The notes under the pieces were generated by a model. It was not told where the DNA came from, made no database searches, and saw nothing but the letters and a program-made list of their open reading frames with translations. Source: Utricularia gibba (lineage: Eukaryota; Plantae; Magnoliophyta). From it: 64,000 bases of DNA. The stretch is taken from positions 682,001 to 746,000 of the forward strand of contig NEEC01000016.1 in assembly GCA_002189035.1 (NCBI GenBank). The letters are read 5' to 3'. How positions within the stretch are numbered: position 1 is the stretch's first letter; every line of letters begins with the position of its first letter. Positions 1 through 11,224 of this stretch are shown piece by piece. The position numbers were made by a program, and so were the translations under genes.

Positions 1-65
1 AGATTACTTGTTTCTTTATGCTTTCAGTTCAAAAGTAACTGGTTTGAGCCTGAATTTTCAGAACT

Positions 66-1243
66 ATGGGTGTGGTTGGGCCTGAAAACTGCTGGGATGC
101 GTATGTCAATAGCATGGCTGGGGAGGACAACTTCGATAACTTGTTCAATATTCTGGACTTCTCTATGGACAGTCTCGAAGGAAATGATTTTGTGGGTGAC
201 TGTGATATTGAATCACAGTGTCTTGAGCCTATTCCATCGAATCTGTTGATCGAGCCGTTGTTGGATAATGGCCCGCTGTGTTTATCATCTGAACCAGCTG
301 CTTCTGTGAGTTTGTTTTCCAAATACAGTGATTTTTTCCTGTGTTTTTGAAGTAGCTTCATATGTATGATCTTTGGGGAGGGATATGCCGAGGCACTCGT
401 ATGCTGCAGTATGAGTTGATCATGTGATCAGCATATTTTTAATCAGCATTGTCGATTTTAGCTGCTTCTGCTTGTTCTAATCATGTTTTTTTTTTTCTGT
501 AGTTGAATCATCCTTCAAAGATTAGTGACGCTCAGGGGACAAATCAAGGTTCAGAGAATATTCAAGTATCATCCAGCTCTGATATCCTCCAGCATGTTGA
601 TCCCCATGGGGTGAGTGAGTCCAGATTTTGCCAGACTCAGAGCCCTAACTCAGTTCTTGAAAGCAGTGGATGTTCATCACGGAAAGCCGGTGTGCATGTG
701 CCGGTCCGGGCGAGGTCCAAACGTGTGAGATCTGGTGTGAACCCATGGCTGGCTGCATCAAATTTTGTTAGTGTTACTGCATCAGCTTCCAAGAGAGTTT
801 CAAATGCCAAAAAAGAGAGGGAGCAGAAGAAAAAGATGTCACCTCCTTATCCAGTTGCTAAGGAAAATGAAAACAACATCCTGCATACAGTTGAAAACTC
901 TCCTCATGTATCAGATAAGGTTGAGTCAGCTGCAGTTACCAAAAAATGCACACATTGTCAAGTGACGAAGACTCCTCAATGGAGGGAGGGGCCAAGAGGT
1001 CCCAAGACTCTCTGCAATGCCTGTGGTGTTCGCTATCGATCAGGCCGGCTTTACCCGGAGTATAGGCCAGCAGCAAGTCCTACATTTGTTCCAACTCTCC
1101 ACTCAAATTCCCACAAGAAGGTGATTGAAATGAGGAACAAGGGAAGACATGCGCCTGGTACTATGAATGGTTCTGCCTCTTCTCCAGTTTCTGGCCTTGA
1201 TCCAATGGATAGTACTGGGAGCTACTGGAAAAATTACATCTAG
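66..1243 (+). CDS. GATA: GATA zinc-finger transcription factor (class A, 2 exons: 66-305, 503-1243)
   Basis: C-x2-C-x18-C-x2-C finger [30 protein letters not shown] followed by [14 protein letters not shown], plus the upstream VRARSKR motif. A GT(306)-AG(502) intron joins the two ORFs in phase 0. Confidence 0.93.
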
Positions 1244-1739
1244 CTAGAGGAAAAAAGAGGTTGAGTTAGGATCTAATCCTGATATGAATTCTTTTTTTCC
1301 AGATGAGAGCAGTTTGTAGCATAGAGACCATGTACAAAAAGCTGGATGCTGAGGCAGTAGCAAGTGTAGGAAAGTTGGGTTTCTTGTAATATGGTTTGTT
1401 TGTTGGATTGATATTTACCTTCAATAGCTTTCCCTTCAATTCCCTGCATTGTTATCAAACCTCACAACCAGGAACACCATGGTTGCAGAATTTACCCAAA
1501 GCACCTGTTGACAAAGAAGAAGGTGAGGCAATGAACATCTGTCCCTTCCTCTGAAAGGAATGCATGCTCGTACCGTGGATACATACGCACCAGACAGATT
1601 CACGAATCCCTGAAAACTTCCCAGGGTTTTGGCCAAAGTCAACAAAAGCATGATCAAGTTTGTCTCAGCACCTCACGAAAGTGGGCTAGGTTTACAGGCG
1701 ACAAAACACAGTGCAGAAGACAGAAACACACAGTACATA

Positions 1740-1925
1740 CTATCTTAGCAAACCAAAACCAGAACAGTCACCGATCAACCACAACAGAGCGAATTTTACG
1801 AGGAAACCCAATACGGGAGAAAAACCCTGCGGCGTTTTTCCTCTGGCTCGGTGAAGTTTTCACTACAGCAAGCTCAAGCCTCAAAATAGAGCAAACAAGT
1901 TACAAAGCAATCCCCTTACCCATCA
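1740..1925 (-). mobile_element. Possible degenerate Ty1/copia LTR (U5-like) remnant
   Basis: The minus strand reads gtagtgaaa...gggtttttctccc...gggtttcctcgtaaaa, which resembles a motif I recall from plant copia LTR 3' ends. No TG..CA ends, PBS or TSD were found. Confidence 0.25.
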
Positions 1926-2440
1926 GAGCGTTTCCTTCCACCACCAACCCACAGGTAATTCTCCTGGGAAAGCCGATCAATTTCTCTGAATCTCCGACGA
2001 TCAAATTCTCAAAATCTCCAATCCTTTTCGCCAGCGAATTCTTCTGTTTGCCTCCCTGTAGGCTACATGTACGCATCGCCTGGGCTTTCAGTTGGACTTT
2101 GATTCAATATCCACGGATCCTCATACAGAACGATGTGCCAGCCCACGAAAAATCCGCCGCCGCCGCCGCCGCCGGCCGTTAGGCGTCACCCAACAACAAA
2201 ACGACGACGTTGGCTTGGTTGATAAGTTTAAATTTTTTTCAGTTTAAATTATTTAAATTTAAATATCGACGTACACAAATTTCTATACCTCTTTTTTTTT
2301 TGAATTTACATATAAATATACAAAAAGATATTATTTAAATTACATAAAAATTTATTAAAATATTTGAGTTTAATTTTCATTACTTGATGTGGTGTGTGTT
2401 ATTGTGCATGCAGAAAACAATAAAGAAGGAATGGTAATTG

Positions 2441-2799
2441 TTAATCCTTGAACCCGGTTTTCTGCCAAACCGCGTCACGGACCCGGCTCAGATCCCGTCC
2501 CTTGAGCGTCCTCCCACTCCCTCCTGCATCGAAAACGAGGCAGATCCCAATCTACCTCGTGCCCTCGCCAAATACTCATGCGGCGGAATCCGATCCTCCT
2601 CCGCCGACACATCCTCAAACGAAAACCGCCACCGCCTCCTCTCCTCCTCCTCCTCCTCCTTCAGTATCTTCGACCAGTCCGGCACCTTGATCGGCACCGA
2701 GGCCGGCCGATTCTTGACCACCGGCTGCGATCTGGCGCTGCGATAGAGGACGACTTCCGAATCGTCTAGGTCGAACACCATTGCCTCGCCGCGATCCAT
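2441..2799 (-). CDS. Senescence regulator S40 / DUF584 family protein (intronless; 1-nt frameshift near 2513-2515)
   Basis: Family motifs [22 protein letters not shown] and SFSMQEGVG are present. The conserved tail [23 protein letters not shown] continues in the adjacent frame to a TAA at 2443-2441. Confidence 0.88.
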
Positions 2800-3654
2800 G
2801 GTTCGGCTGGCCCCTCGGCGGCGGCGCCTGTGTGTTACCGATGCGAAAATTGAGATCCGCGATGGGGATTTATATCGGATGGGGATGAGGAGGAGAGGTG
2901 TTTTGTCTTTTCTGGTTTGCGTCGCCGTCTGCAGTTCCGGCTGAGCTGGGGCTCCCAGGAAAGGACGACGCTGACCACCTTAAACTGCCACCTCATTTCC
3001 TTTTGTCCTTTGTGGATCAAGGGGAGTTGTGAATCCTCCTCATAACTCTATCTTTATTGGTCACGTTTCTGGACCATTAGATATTTTTGTCCTCACCCTA
3101 AGCATCCATAGTAAGCCTAACTCCCAAACATGTCCGTGTTCTCGAAGGCTTGTATTTGAGTACACACGTCTTACAAGAAAAAAAAAACCAATTAAAAAAA
3201 TTATATAAAATAAGATATTTTTAAAAAATATGGTTGAAGTTATTGTGTAAGATAATGTTTCGTTCTAAATTATAGTATTGATTTGATTCTGATTTTGATT
3301 CGAAACTAAAATCATAATCTTGAATCGAAACGAAATTGGAATCAAATTGCACAGTTTCAGTTTGAAATTGAAGCCATAGACCTTGAACTGAAATCAAAAT
3401 CGAAATATATGGTTTTGATTCAAACTGCAATTTTAAATGTTAAAACTCATGATTTCGATACATGGATGCCTAGAAAAAATACTATTTTTTATAATTTTTT
3501 TAATGGCTTATGTGAGTAATTGAAACTGAAAATTCACCGATTTTGAATGATCGATTCCAAATGGATTTAAACTGTAATTTCTCGATTCAAAAAATAATGA
3601 AAAGTTAACACATTTGGTCCCATATAAAGCTTTGGTGCCAAACACAACAGTAAT

Positions 3655-3733
3655 TGGGCTGCCATAACCAACCACATCTATTGGGACGGCCCACACTCCA
3701 TGGTCGTTAATCAGGTTTTTAGTGAAACCCTAA
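3655..3733 (+). promoter_or_regulatory. Ribosomal-protein-type promoter: site II motifs plus telo-box
   Basis: TGGGCT (3655-3660), GGCCCA (3688-3693) and AAACCCTAA (3725-3733) lie just upstream of the RPL12-like ATG at 3793. Confidence 0.6.
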
Positions 3734-3792
3734 TCCAGGAACTCGCTGTCTGGTCGGTCTCCATTTTCCTGGGACGCTTGGAACCGTCGAAA

Positions 3793-4208
3793 ATGCCGCC
3801 AAAAACACAGGCGGTGAATGTCTATGTTCGCGTCACCGGAGGCGACGTGCTCTCTCGCTCCAAAGATCCGTCCTCTGGGTCCTTATCGCAAAAAAATCGG
3901 TGAGGATATCGTTGAGGATTGAAAGGGGATTCGTGTCGCCGACAGGCTCAGGGTTCAGACTCGTCAAGCCAAGGTAAACCGTGGTTCCCTAACTCGCTGC
4001 GCTAGTAATCGATGGCGCGGAAGGAGACCGAACGCGATCGAAAGATGGCGAAGAATATCTGCAATATTTCACTGAGTGTTGTTAGTGATTATCCCTCATT
4101 CCATGACGAGGGATTTGGGATGCACGGTGAAGGAGATCCTGGGCACTTGTGTTTCCGATGGATTCCGTGTACGGAGAGGTTCCCAAGGATCTGCAACAGG
4201 CGATCGGC
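3793..4208 (+). pseudogene. RPL12: 60S ribosomal protein L12 (uL11) pseudogene
   Basis: Collinear remnants across frames: MPPK..VYVRVTGG, SLAPKIRPLG..KKIGEDI, D*KGIRV..VQTRQAKV, KETERDRKMAKNI, TVKEILGTCVS and PKDLQQAI. There is a Trp-to-TGA change, several frameshifts and small deletions. Confidence 0.88.
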
Positions 4209-4444
4209 CATCGAGACGATGAAACCCCTCGAGCAGTGTTTGTTAATTGAAAAAAAAAGCAAAAACAAAATGTGAATTGTAAAAAGGATTCCGTTTTATT
4301 TTTTTTTTCTTGGACAAAGAGTTAATGATACGTGGGCCCCAGTGATGAAGGGAAGTTGAAGCATTTTGTTTCTTTCTTCTCCCCCACTCCCACCGACTCG
4401 TATCTCAACGGCAGCTCCCACATTTCCTTCTTCGTCGGCATCCA

Positions 4445-4903
4445 ATGGCGTCCGCCTCGGCTTCTCTCCTCGCCGCGCTCTTCTTATCGGGGCTTCTTCT
4501 CCTCGCCGGCGCCGACGTAGCTACAGATTCCCTGTGGGTGCCCACATCTCCGACCCCGGCGCCGCTTCAATCCCCTTCTCCTTCCCCGACCCCTATCCCC
4601 TACTCCCCGCCCAATCCCTTCCCAGATCCGCCTTCCCCAACTCCATCTGACGCCGACGCCCTCTCCCCGACTCCAACGCCCGCTCCGTCTGCAGCACCAG
4701 GGAATTCAACCCACCCCGCTTCGGAAAACGCCGACAGTAGACAGTCCAGCGGCGAAATGAGCTCCGGGAGCAAGACGGGAATAGGCCTCGGTGTCATCCT
4801 GGCCGCGGGCGTCGTCGTCGGCGGGTTCTTGATCTACCGCAAGAGGCGCGACAATGTTCGGCGGTCGCAGTACAGTTACGGCGGCCGGAGAGACATAATC
4901 TAG
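4445..4903 (+). CDS. Pro/Ser-rich single-pass type I membrane protein (HRGP/AGP-like, uncharacterised)
   Basis: The 152-aa intronless ORF has a signal peptide, SP/TP-rich ectodomain, TM segment (GIGLGVILAAGVVVGGFLIY) and a basic tail RKRRDNVRRSQYSYGGRRDII typical of a conserved plant family. Confidence 0.8.
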   Translation: MASASASLLAALFLSGLLLLAGADVATDSLWVPTSPTPAPLQSPSPSPTPIPYSPPNPFPDPPSPTPSDADALSPTPTPAPSAAPGNSTHPASENADSRQSSGEMSSGSKTGIGLGVILAAGVVVGGFLIYRKRRDNVRRSQYSYGGRRDII

Positions 4904-5399
4904 AACAGAAAATCCCCAAATTCACACCACCACAGACGTGACACCATTCGTGTCATATCCCCAGCTGCATTTCCAAATTCGTCTGCATTTTGCAGTTCCA
5001 GATTCGTTCTTCCCTCCGCCGCTTATGCTCGCCGGCATTCCCATGTATACTTACATTAATTATTCCTTGTGCTTGTTGTTTCAATAATGCATGCAGCTGG
5101 CGGTGCATTCTTTCCGGTCTGTATTTTGATTAATTATTTTTCTAATTTCCAAGCGGCATAGCTGGCACGCGGCTGGGTGGGTCCCTGACAAACAGAGCCA
5201 CGTTCTGCTTTACATCTTCTAGAAAGCCCATGCCACGTCATTTCAATTTCTTTCTTATTTTTGAATTATATAATAATACTTTTAAATAAAAAAAGAAAAA
5301 TTGCGTCAAATAACTTACTATTAAAAGTGAATTTAGTCCTTTTTCTAATGTATTGCATCAAGTTGTAAAAAATAAAAAATTATTTAAATATAATATTCG

Positions 5400-5710
5400 A
5401 AAATTTCGGAATTTTTTTAATTTTCTATGAAAATTGTTAAATAGAATATAATAAAATATATATTGAAAATTTAATATATTAAAATAAAAGATAGTTTATT
5501 ATTATAATATAATTCTATTTTTAGATTATATGAAAAATAAAAAAATCAATTTTTATAATTAATATCTTATTTAATCATTGAAACAGATATTCAATAAACT
5601 CAATTATTTTTAAATTTAATAATGGAATCTGAACTTATGATTTTAATATGTTATCTATTAAAAATTAAAATCTTAAAAAATTAAATAAAATCAATTCATA
5701 AAATTATTGG
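5400..5710. repeat. AT-rich dispersed repeat, family B (related to 27184-27562)
   Basis: Shares collinear blocks with the 27.2-27.6 kb element, e.g. aaatatatattg(t)aaaatttaatatattaaa, ttatttaatc..tgaaa and aaaattaaataaaatca. Boundaries are approximate. Confidence 0.5.
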
Positions 5711-6078
5711 GGTTTAAAAAGTGAGGTGTGAAGACGAAAGGGGACCCATCAACTCGAGGAACGCGGTTCTGCCCAATCTTCGTTTCCTAAAACGGCGCCG
5801 TTTCCGTAAAAGCAATATTTTAATTTGGGATTTTCTTCGAAATAAAATATTCGACATTTTCCCGAAATTTTGGAATTTTAAATCATAATGAGCAACAGTG
5901 TGAGGAGAACAGTAAAAGCGTTCCAGATGCAGTAAGAAAATGTGTGTATCGGCGCTCCGTCAGATTCTCTTCCCAACACGGCGGCCCCACAAACACCGCA
6001 TTCCCTCTGACACTTCACAAGATCGCTTCTTCTTGCCTTTTGATTTTTACCGCCTTCTGTTTTTACGGCTTTGGCCGA

Positions 6079-7641
6079 TCAGTGATTGAGGCTGCGGAAA
6101 TGCGCCATTTCGAGGGAGTTCGCCGCAGCGAACTCCGCTAGCTCGTTCTCCGGCAAGAACTGTCCGTTCAGCATCTGATTGTTGCCTCCGACTCCGAGAA
6201 AGTCCCGGGTTAACCCATGTTCTCTCCCAGCACGGATTCCCTTAAGAGAAGGGTGCTGGAGTCGGAGGGGGGAGATGGAACCGCCATCATGTTCATGGCT
6301 GCAGCGTTGGAAGAGAATGTTGATCCGAGGAGAAGGGAATTTGTGCTCCTCGTTGATGATCCCATTTGTGCTGCTTTCTGCAGCAGCGCCGTCGCGGACA
6401 TGGGCAACGCCGGCGTGTTCGGTTCTCCGTGGTGGTTGGTGTACAGCATTGAACTTAGAGTCTCGGAAAAGCTTGCATCTTTAGTTGTGGTGTTGTTGTC
6501 CTCCTCCTCCTTCAGCATCCGGGGACCGATATTGGAAGATGGATGATGGCCCATGTGCATGTTCATGTTCATGTTCACAACCCCACCGTACTCCGCGGCT
6601 TCCATCCACTGATTCTGCGAGACCGCCGCCGCCAACTGAACCAAGTCCGGGCCCTGGGAGTAGAACTTCAAACCGGAGCAGGAATCCAGCCATATTGGAA
6701 ACCGGGGTTTACCCGATTCTATTTCTTGTCCGGGGAACTGTGACCCGTTGTTTCCGGAGGCGTTCAAAAAGTCAGTCTTGAACCTCAGGTTCCCCGCCGC
6801 GGCAGGCGGAGGAAACCGAGCGCCTTCCTCCGCTAAGGCGTCGCAGAAAGCTCTGTGCGTGATGAAGCTGTCCTTTCTGATCCACACAACAGAAGGAATT
6901 CCGAGATTCTCAATTAATGCTTTATACAAGACAACCGAAGTCGCATTAAATGAGACCAAAATCAATATCGTACTTGGCATCTGAAGAAGAAGAATATGGA
7001 AAAAGTGGTTTGATTACCTGGAGAAGAGAGTGCCGCAGTCACATTTATACTCCCTTGTGCCGCAAATCTTGCTGTGCGCTTTCCAATCCGACTGAACGGC
7101 GTATTTCTTGGAACACTTCTCGCACTTCCATTTCTTCTCGCCGTGTTTGCGGCTGAAATGCTTCTTGATTCCGGTTAAATCGCCGAGCGCCCTCGCCGGG
7201 TCGTGATGGACGCACGTCTTCTCCGGGCAGATGTACACTTTCTTCCTGATTTGCTCTTTGCTGCTCCTCTGCTTCAGCTTCCATGGAAGATTGTGTCCTC
7301 TTCTGTGGAGCTGCAGATTCTGGTCCCGCCGAAAACCCTTGTTGCAGATTTCGCAGATGAATCTGTTTGTCGCCATCAGCGACGGCGGCGACAGCGCCAC
7401 CACCTCCGCCTCCGGATCTGCAACCCAATTAATCAGATTAAGTATTTCCAACTAGGGTTCCAACGATAAACCAACACCCGAATGAATAATACAAGAACTC
7501 AAAGAAACCTGGAGTCCCCGGCAGGCTGCGTTTCCGTTTAGAGCTAGGGTTTGGCGCAGCATCTTGCGGCCTGGCGGCGGCGGCGGCGGCTGTGGAGTGT
7601 AGAAGGTGGGCAGGGAAGGCGTCACCACGAGTAGACATCAT
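6079..7641 (-). CDS. IDD: INDETERMINATE DOMAIN C2H2 zinc-finger TF (exons 7641-7509, 7417-7018, 6876-6079; 1-nt frameshift in last exon)
   Basis: Full ID domain ([32 protein letters not shown]...[23 protein letters not shown]) and [14 protein letters not shown]. The LTRDFLG motif lies in the adjacent frame, which ends at TGA 6081-6079. GT-AG junctions were checked. Confidence 0.93.
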
Positions 7642-9124
7642 TTTTGAAGGGCGATAAAGGCGACGTAAGCTGCAGAAAGGCTGCTAGGGAGGAAGAGAAA
7701 GGCCGAAAAACGGAGGAGGAAGGAGGAAGGAGAAGGAAGATTTCCTTCTTTTCTTCTCCACTTTTATCCCTGCATGTTTGGTTTATCGAACCTCTGGACC
7801 CAAAAGATTGCCTTTTTATTCCATAAAAGAAGACCTAAAACTCAGCGACCGGGCACCGGAGCTGAGAGCTGCTGTGCCCTCTCTCCTTATCCCAGAGGCG
7901 ACACAGGAAGCTGCTCTGCTACTCCTCCTCTAAAGACGGTCGACTCAGCGTGGACCACTTCTCCTCTCTTATTTTTTTATTTGAAACAATAGAATTTAAT
8001 TAAAAAATATTTTTAATTTATTAAATATTTAAAATATAAATTACATATTTCATCCCCATTGTCAAAATAGGTTCCAAAAATTTTATGTATCAAACATAAT
8101 TAGTCTCATGATTTAATTATCAGTATAATTAATCTACAAAATTTTATATTTTAAATATTATTATCTCTCATTATTTAAATATAGAGCATAATTAATTTTT
8201 AATATTCATTAAATTAGACACTATTAGCTATAAACTAATGTTGTAAAAAGTTTTAAACAATTAGACGCAGAGGTGAATTACAAAAATGATCATCCATCAT
8301 AAATTATGTGAACAAAATGAATTAATTACATGAGATAAAAAATGATACTGATCAATCAATCTTCTAAATGAGTTCCATAAACTAACTCATGTAATCAAAT
8401 AGGAAAAAGTGGAAAATCTTTTTTTATATAAAATTATTACATGGAATCCAAAAAATAATAATTTAGAGTTCAACACCTCTAATTTAACCACTCTTTTTAA
8501 AACACTGGTTTGTGTTAAAAACCAATGTATCATGTTTTGGTGATGAGAAATATGCATCATGATGGTTGGACTTCAATATATATGTATGAAGATAAGGACA
8601 ATCACTAGTTTTCAAAAAATAGCTTCAAAGAAGTAATTTTATAAGGATTTGTATTTAGGCAGAGTTAGCCCAACTAAAAAAAAATCGAATTATTTCACTG
8701 TTTCAGTTCTAGGAGGAATAGAAGCAGCATTTGTTTTGTTCGAAAATCATTTCTAAAGATATTTTTACTGAAACTGTAGGTGCACTAAACTGACCCTTAA
8801 TCTTTGATTTCATTAGTAGATTGTGCTCTGGTGCAGCTTCTTGTGCTTGGAGTTCAAGTGTGGACAGTCTTGTGTTATCTTGTTTTTTAAAGGGAGCAAA
8901 GTCTGGTGTTTATAGGCTGCAATCTTGATATATCTTGAATTAGGTGTTGCATTATCAGTACATGTAGGCGGGGAATGATCACATTCCGTGTTCTTCTGCA
9001 GCGGGAGCAGGTCGCCATGCTTGGAGTAGTCATCTCAGTATACTGCATAAAGAAGCAGGCGCTGTTTCAAAACGGGGGTGTCTTACTGCTCTTTGCAGTA
9101 AGGTTTACAGAGAAGCTGTGTGTC

Positions 9125-10349
9125 TTACTTGTACAGGTACATGAAGATTCCCAGAAGAATGCAGATGAGGGTAAAATCGATGCAGAAGTTCTGGCTAGAT
9201 CTCACCTGTGACATTACAGTTGATTTGTTTAATGAAGGTTTGCAGTTATGGGTTTGTACTACTAACCTTTGTTAATGTCTCCTTAAGTCTAGCATTGTTT
9301 CTTCTCAGGTTGCTGGATGCCTTGTCCGCCTGAAGAATCAGTGCAGCAAATGCATTAACCCCAACAAAGAATGTAGTGTAGAATAAGGGGAAGATCAAAC
9401 CTTTGAGTCGATTTCATCAAGAAGGGGGTTCTGTCTATCCATTTCCTGGATACCCACAAAGAAATCGAAATCGAAATCGAAAGGAGATGAGAATGGTTGA
9501 TCGGAACATGTTTCGGAGATGGAAAGTGTTGTTCTCAGAAGGGTGAACCTCATCCATGTCCATGGCCAGGTTCTTCAGTATATCGAGACCTTGTGATATC
9601 TCATCCAAGCCTTCATCCTGTTTCGCTCTCCTTGCCTCGTATTCCTGCCTGAACTGACTTGACTCTTCGCTCTCTTGAAAGTATTCAGATTCGAAATCGT
9701 CGCCTGAACGCCGGGAAACAATGAGACAGGGTTTGATTTGATGTTGGAGCGCGGGGAACTTACTGGACTCAAACTTGATCTTATTGTTTGGGGAAGAGGA
9801 AGAAGGTGCTTTTTGGGATGATGAAGACGATGACCCATCAGGGATGGATTGGATTCTCTCTGGTAGCACGGCGACGAGGTCTTTTCGAGCTTGTAGTTCT
9901 TCGGCAGAAAGACCCTTCACCTGAAAGAAAAAAAAACAGTCCATGTCTGGCATATGAAGAAGGTTTGAATGAAGGAATAGAGCGTCACCTTTTTCTGAGA
10001 AATTTTGAGTAATTTCGGGACCTCGCCCAAGAGCCTGGCCTTTGTCCGGCGTACCTCCGCCTTGAACGCTACCGCAGCCGCCCGGTTGGTCTCGCTGTTC
10101 GCGATCTCTGATTTCTGGGATTGCATTGCTTCCTTGGTTAGCGTTGCATGATGGGTACAACATCAATGATCAAGAACAACAATTCGAGTTCAATACCTTG
10201 AGAGTAGCTTCGATTAGGGACTCCACGGAGGCGTAGAGGGCGGCGAAGGCGTCGGCGTTCTGCGCCGGCTGTTTGTCAACGTCGTATTTCTCATACTTGC
10301 GGCAAATTTCATCGACCCTGAACAAGATATCAACCACCCGCGTTTTCAT
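9125..10349 (-). CDS. SYP7: Syntaxin of plants SYP7 family (Qc-SNARE); exons 10349-10197, 10114-9989, 9920-9764, 9703-9549, 9445-9401, 9329-9267, 9205-9125
   Basis: Spliced protein VVDILFRVDEICRKYEKYDVDK...NRAAAVAFKAEVRRTKARL...FRQEYEARRAKQDEGLDEISQGL...VRSSQNFCIDFTLICILLGIFMYLY, with a SNARE motif and C-terminal TM. All introns are GT-AG and in phase. The last few codons are uncertain. Confidence 0.92.
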
Positions 10350-11224
10350 TTACGTTTTGCTTCTTCCTTTTACTGCTCCAATCCAGCTCTTCTATCCCGA
10401 CTGGTCGTCCTCCTCCTCCCTGCGAATGGCTGGCTCACCGTTAAAGACGATAGAAAGCTCCAGCAAGAACCACCATCTCCTGAAATAAAATGATTTTGTT
10501 TTTAATTATCTTTAAATAAATACGCGAATTTATTATAAAATTATTTAATTTTGTTAAAAAAAAAAAGCCCATAGGAGGAGGTCTCCAAATATAAATGAGG
10601 ATTTTGTAATATATTAGATGATTAATAATAGATAATTTAAACCAATTTATTTTTTCTTTTGAATGAAATATCTAGTTTAGAAAACATATAATTGAATTTT
10701 TGCATTGAACTAATGAATAGTTAATTAAATTTAAATTTTTATATCTTCTAAAAAATAGCTATTTTTCATTAGTGTATTAGAAAATTAATCATCATTAACA
10801 TAAAAATTTTAATTAAATACTTACGAGATTGTAATGATGACCATTTTTATAAATGCATCTCAAACTGAATCAAGTGTTTTGAAAAACTTTTATAACTTAT
10901 ATAAAAGTAAAAATTATTTTTTAGAAAATCCGATTAATTTTAAAAATATTTTGTTGTAAAAATGTTTTTAAAATTACATGAGAAAAAAAATTTACAAAAA
11001 TGTAAATACTATGTTTTTCAAATGCTTTAACTTCTTCCCCGAAAGTATTTCAAAAAATGTATATCTACAAAGGTAAAAATAAATAGTAAAATATAATATG
11101 AACTTAGCCTGAACCATGGAGGTTTTTGGCATGAATGTGGCAGACCAAGAGTTTGCAGGTTGATGAAAGTGGATGGTGTGCCAAATGAAGGGTCAATTGC
11201 GTTTTCGCTGATGAGCTTCTACTT

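Noticed and set aside
3270-3600. Clustered GAAA/AATCGAA-like short motifs resembling hAT subterminal repeats
   Set aside because: No TIRs or 8-bp TSD are identifiable, and the repeats are irregular.
4332-4797. Overlapping alternative-frame and antisense ORFs over the Pro-rich gene, and similar ones over IDD, Dof, KCS, EXO70H and H4
   Set aside because: These are shadows of GC-rich coding sequence with no recognisable domains.
6195-6210. GAAAGTCCCGGG resembling the RNase MRP/P RNA P4 motif
   Set aside because: It is the reverse complement of the TRDFL codons of IDD, and no other MRP elements are present.
8260-8800. Possible Sirevirus/MITE-like fragments upstream of IDD (tgttttggtgatg; tta-flanked ggcagagttag..ctaaactgacc)
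   Set aside because: The matches are too short and degenerate to support from sequence alone.
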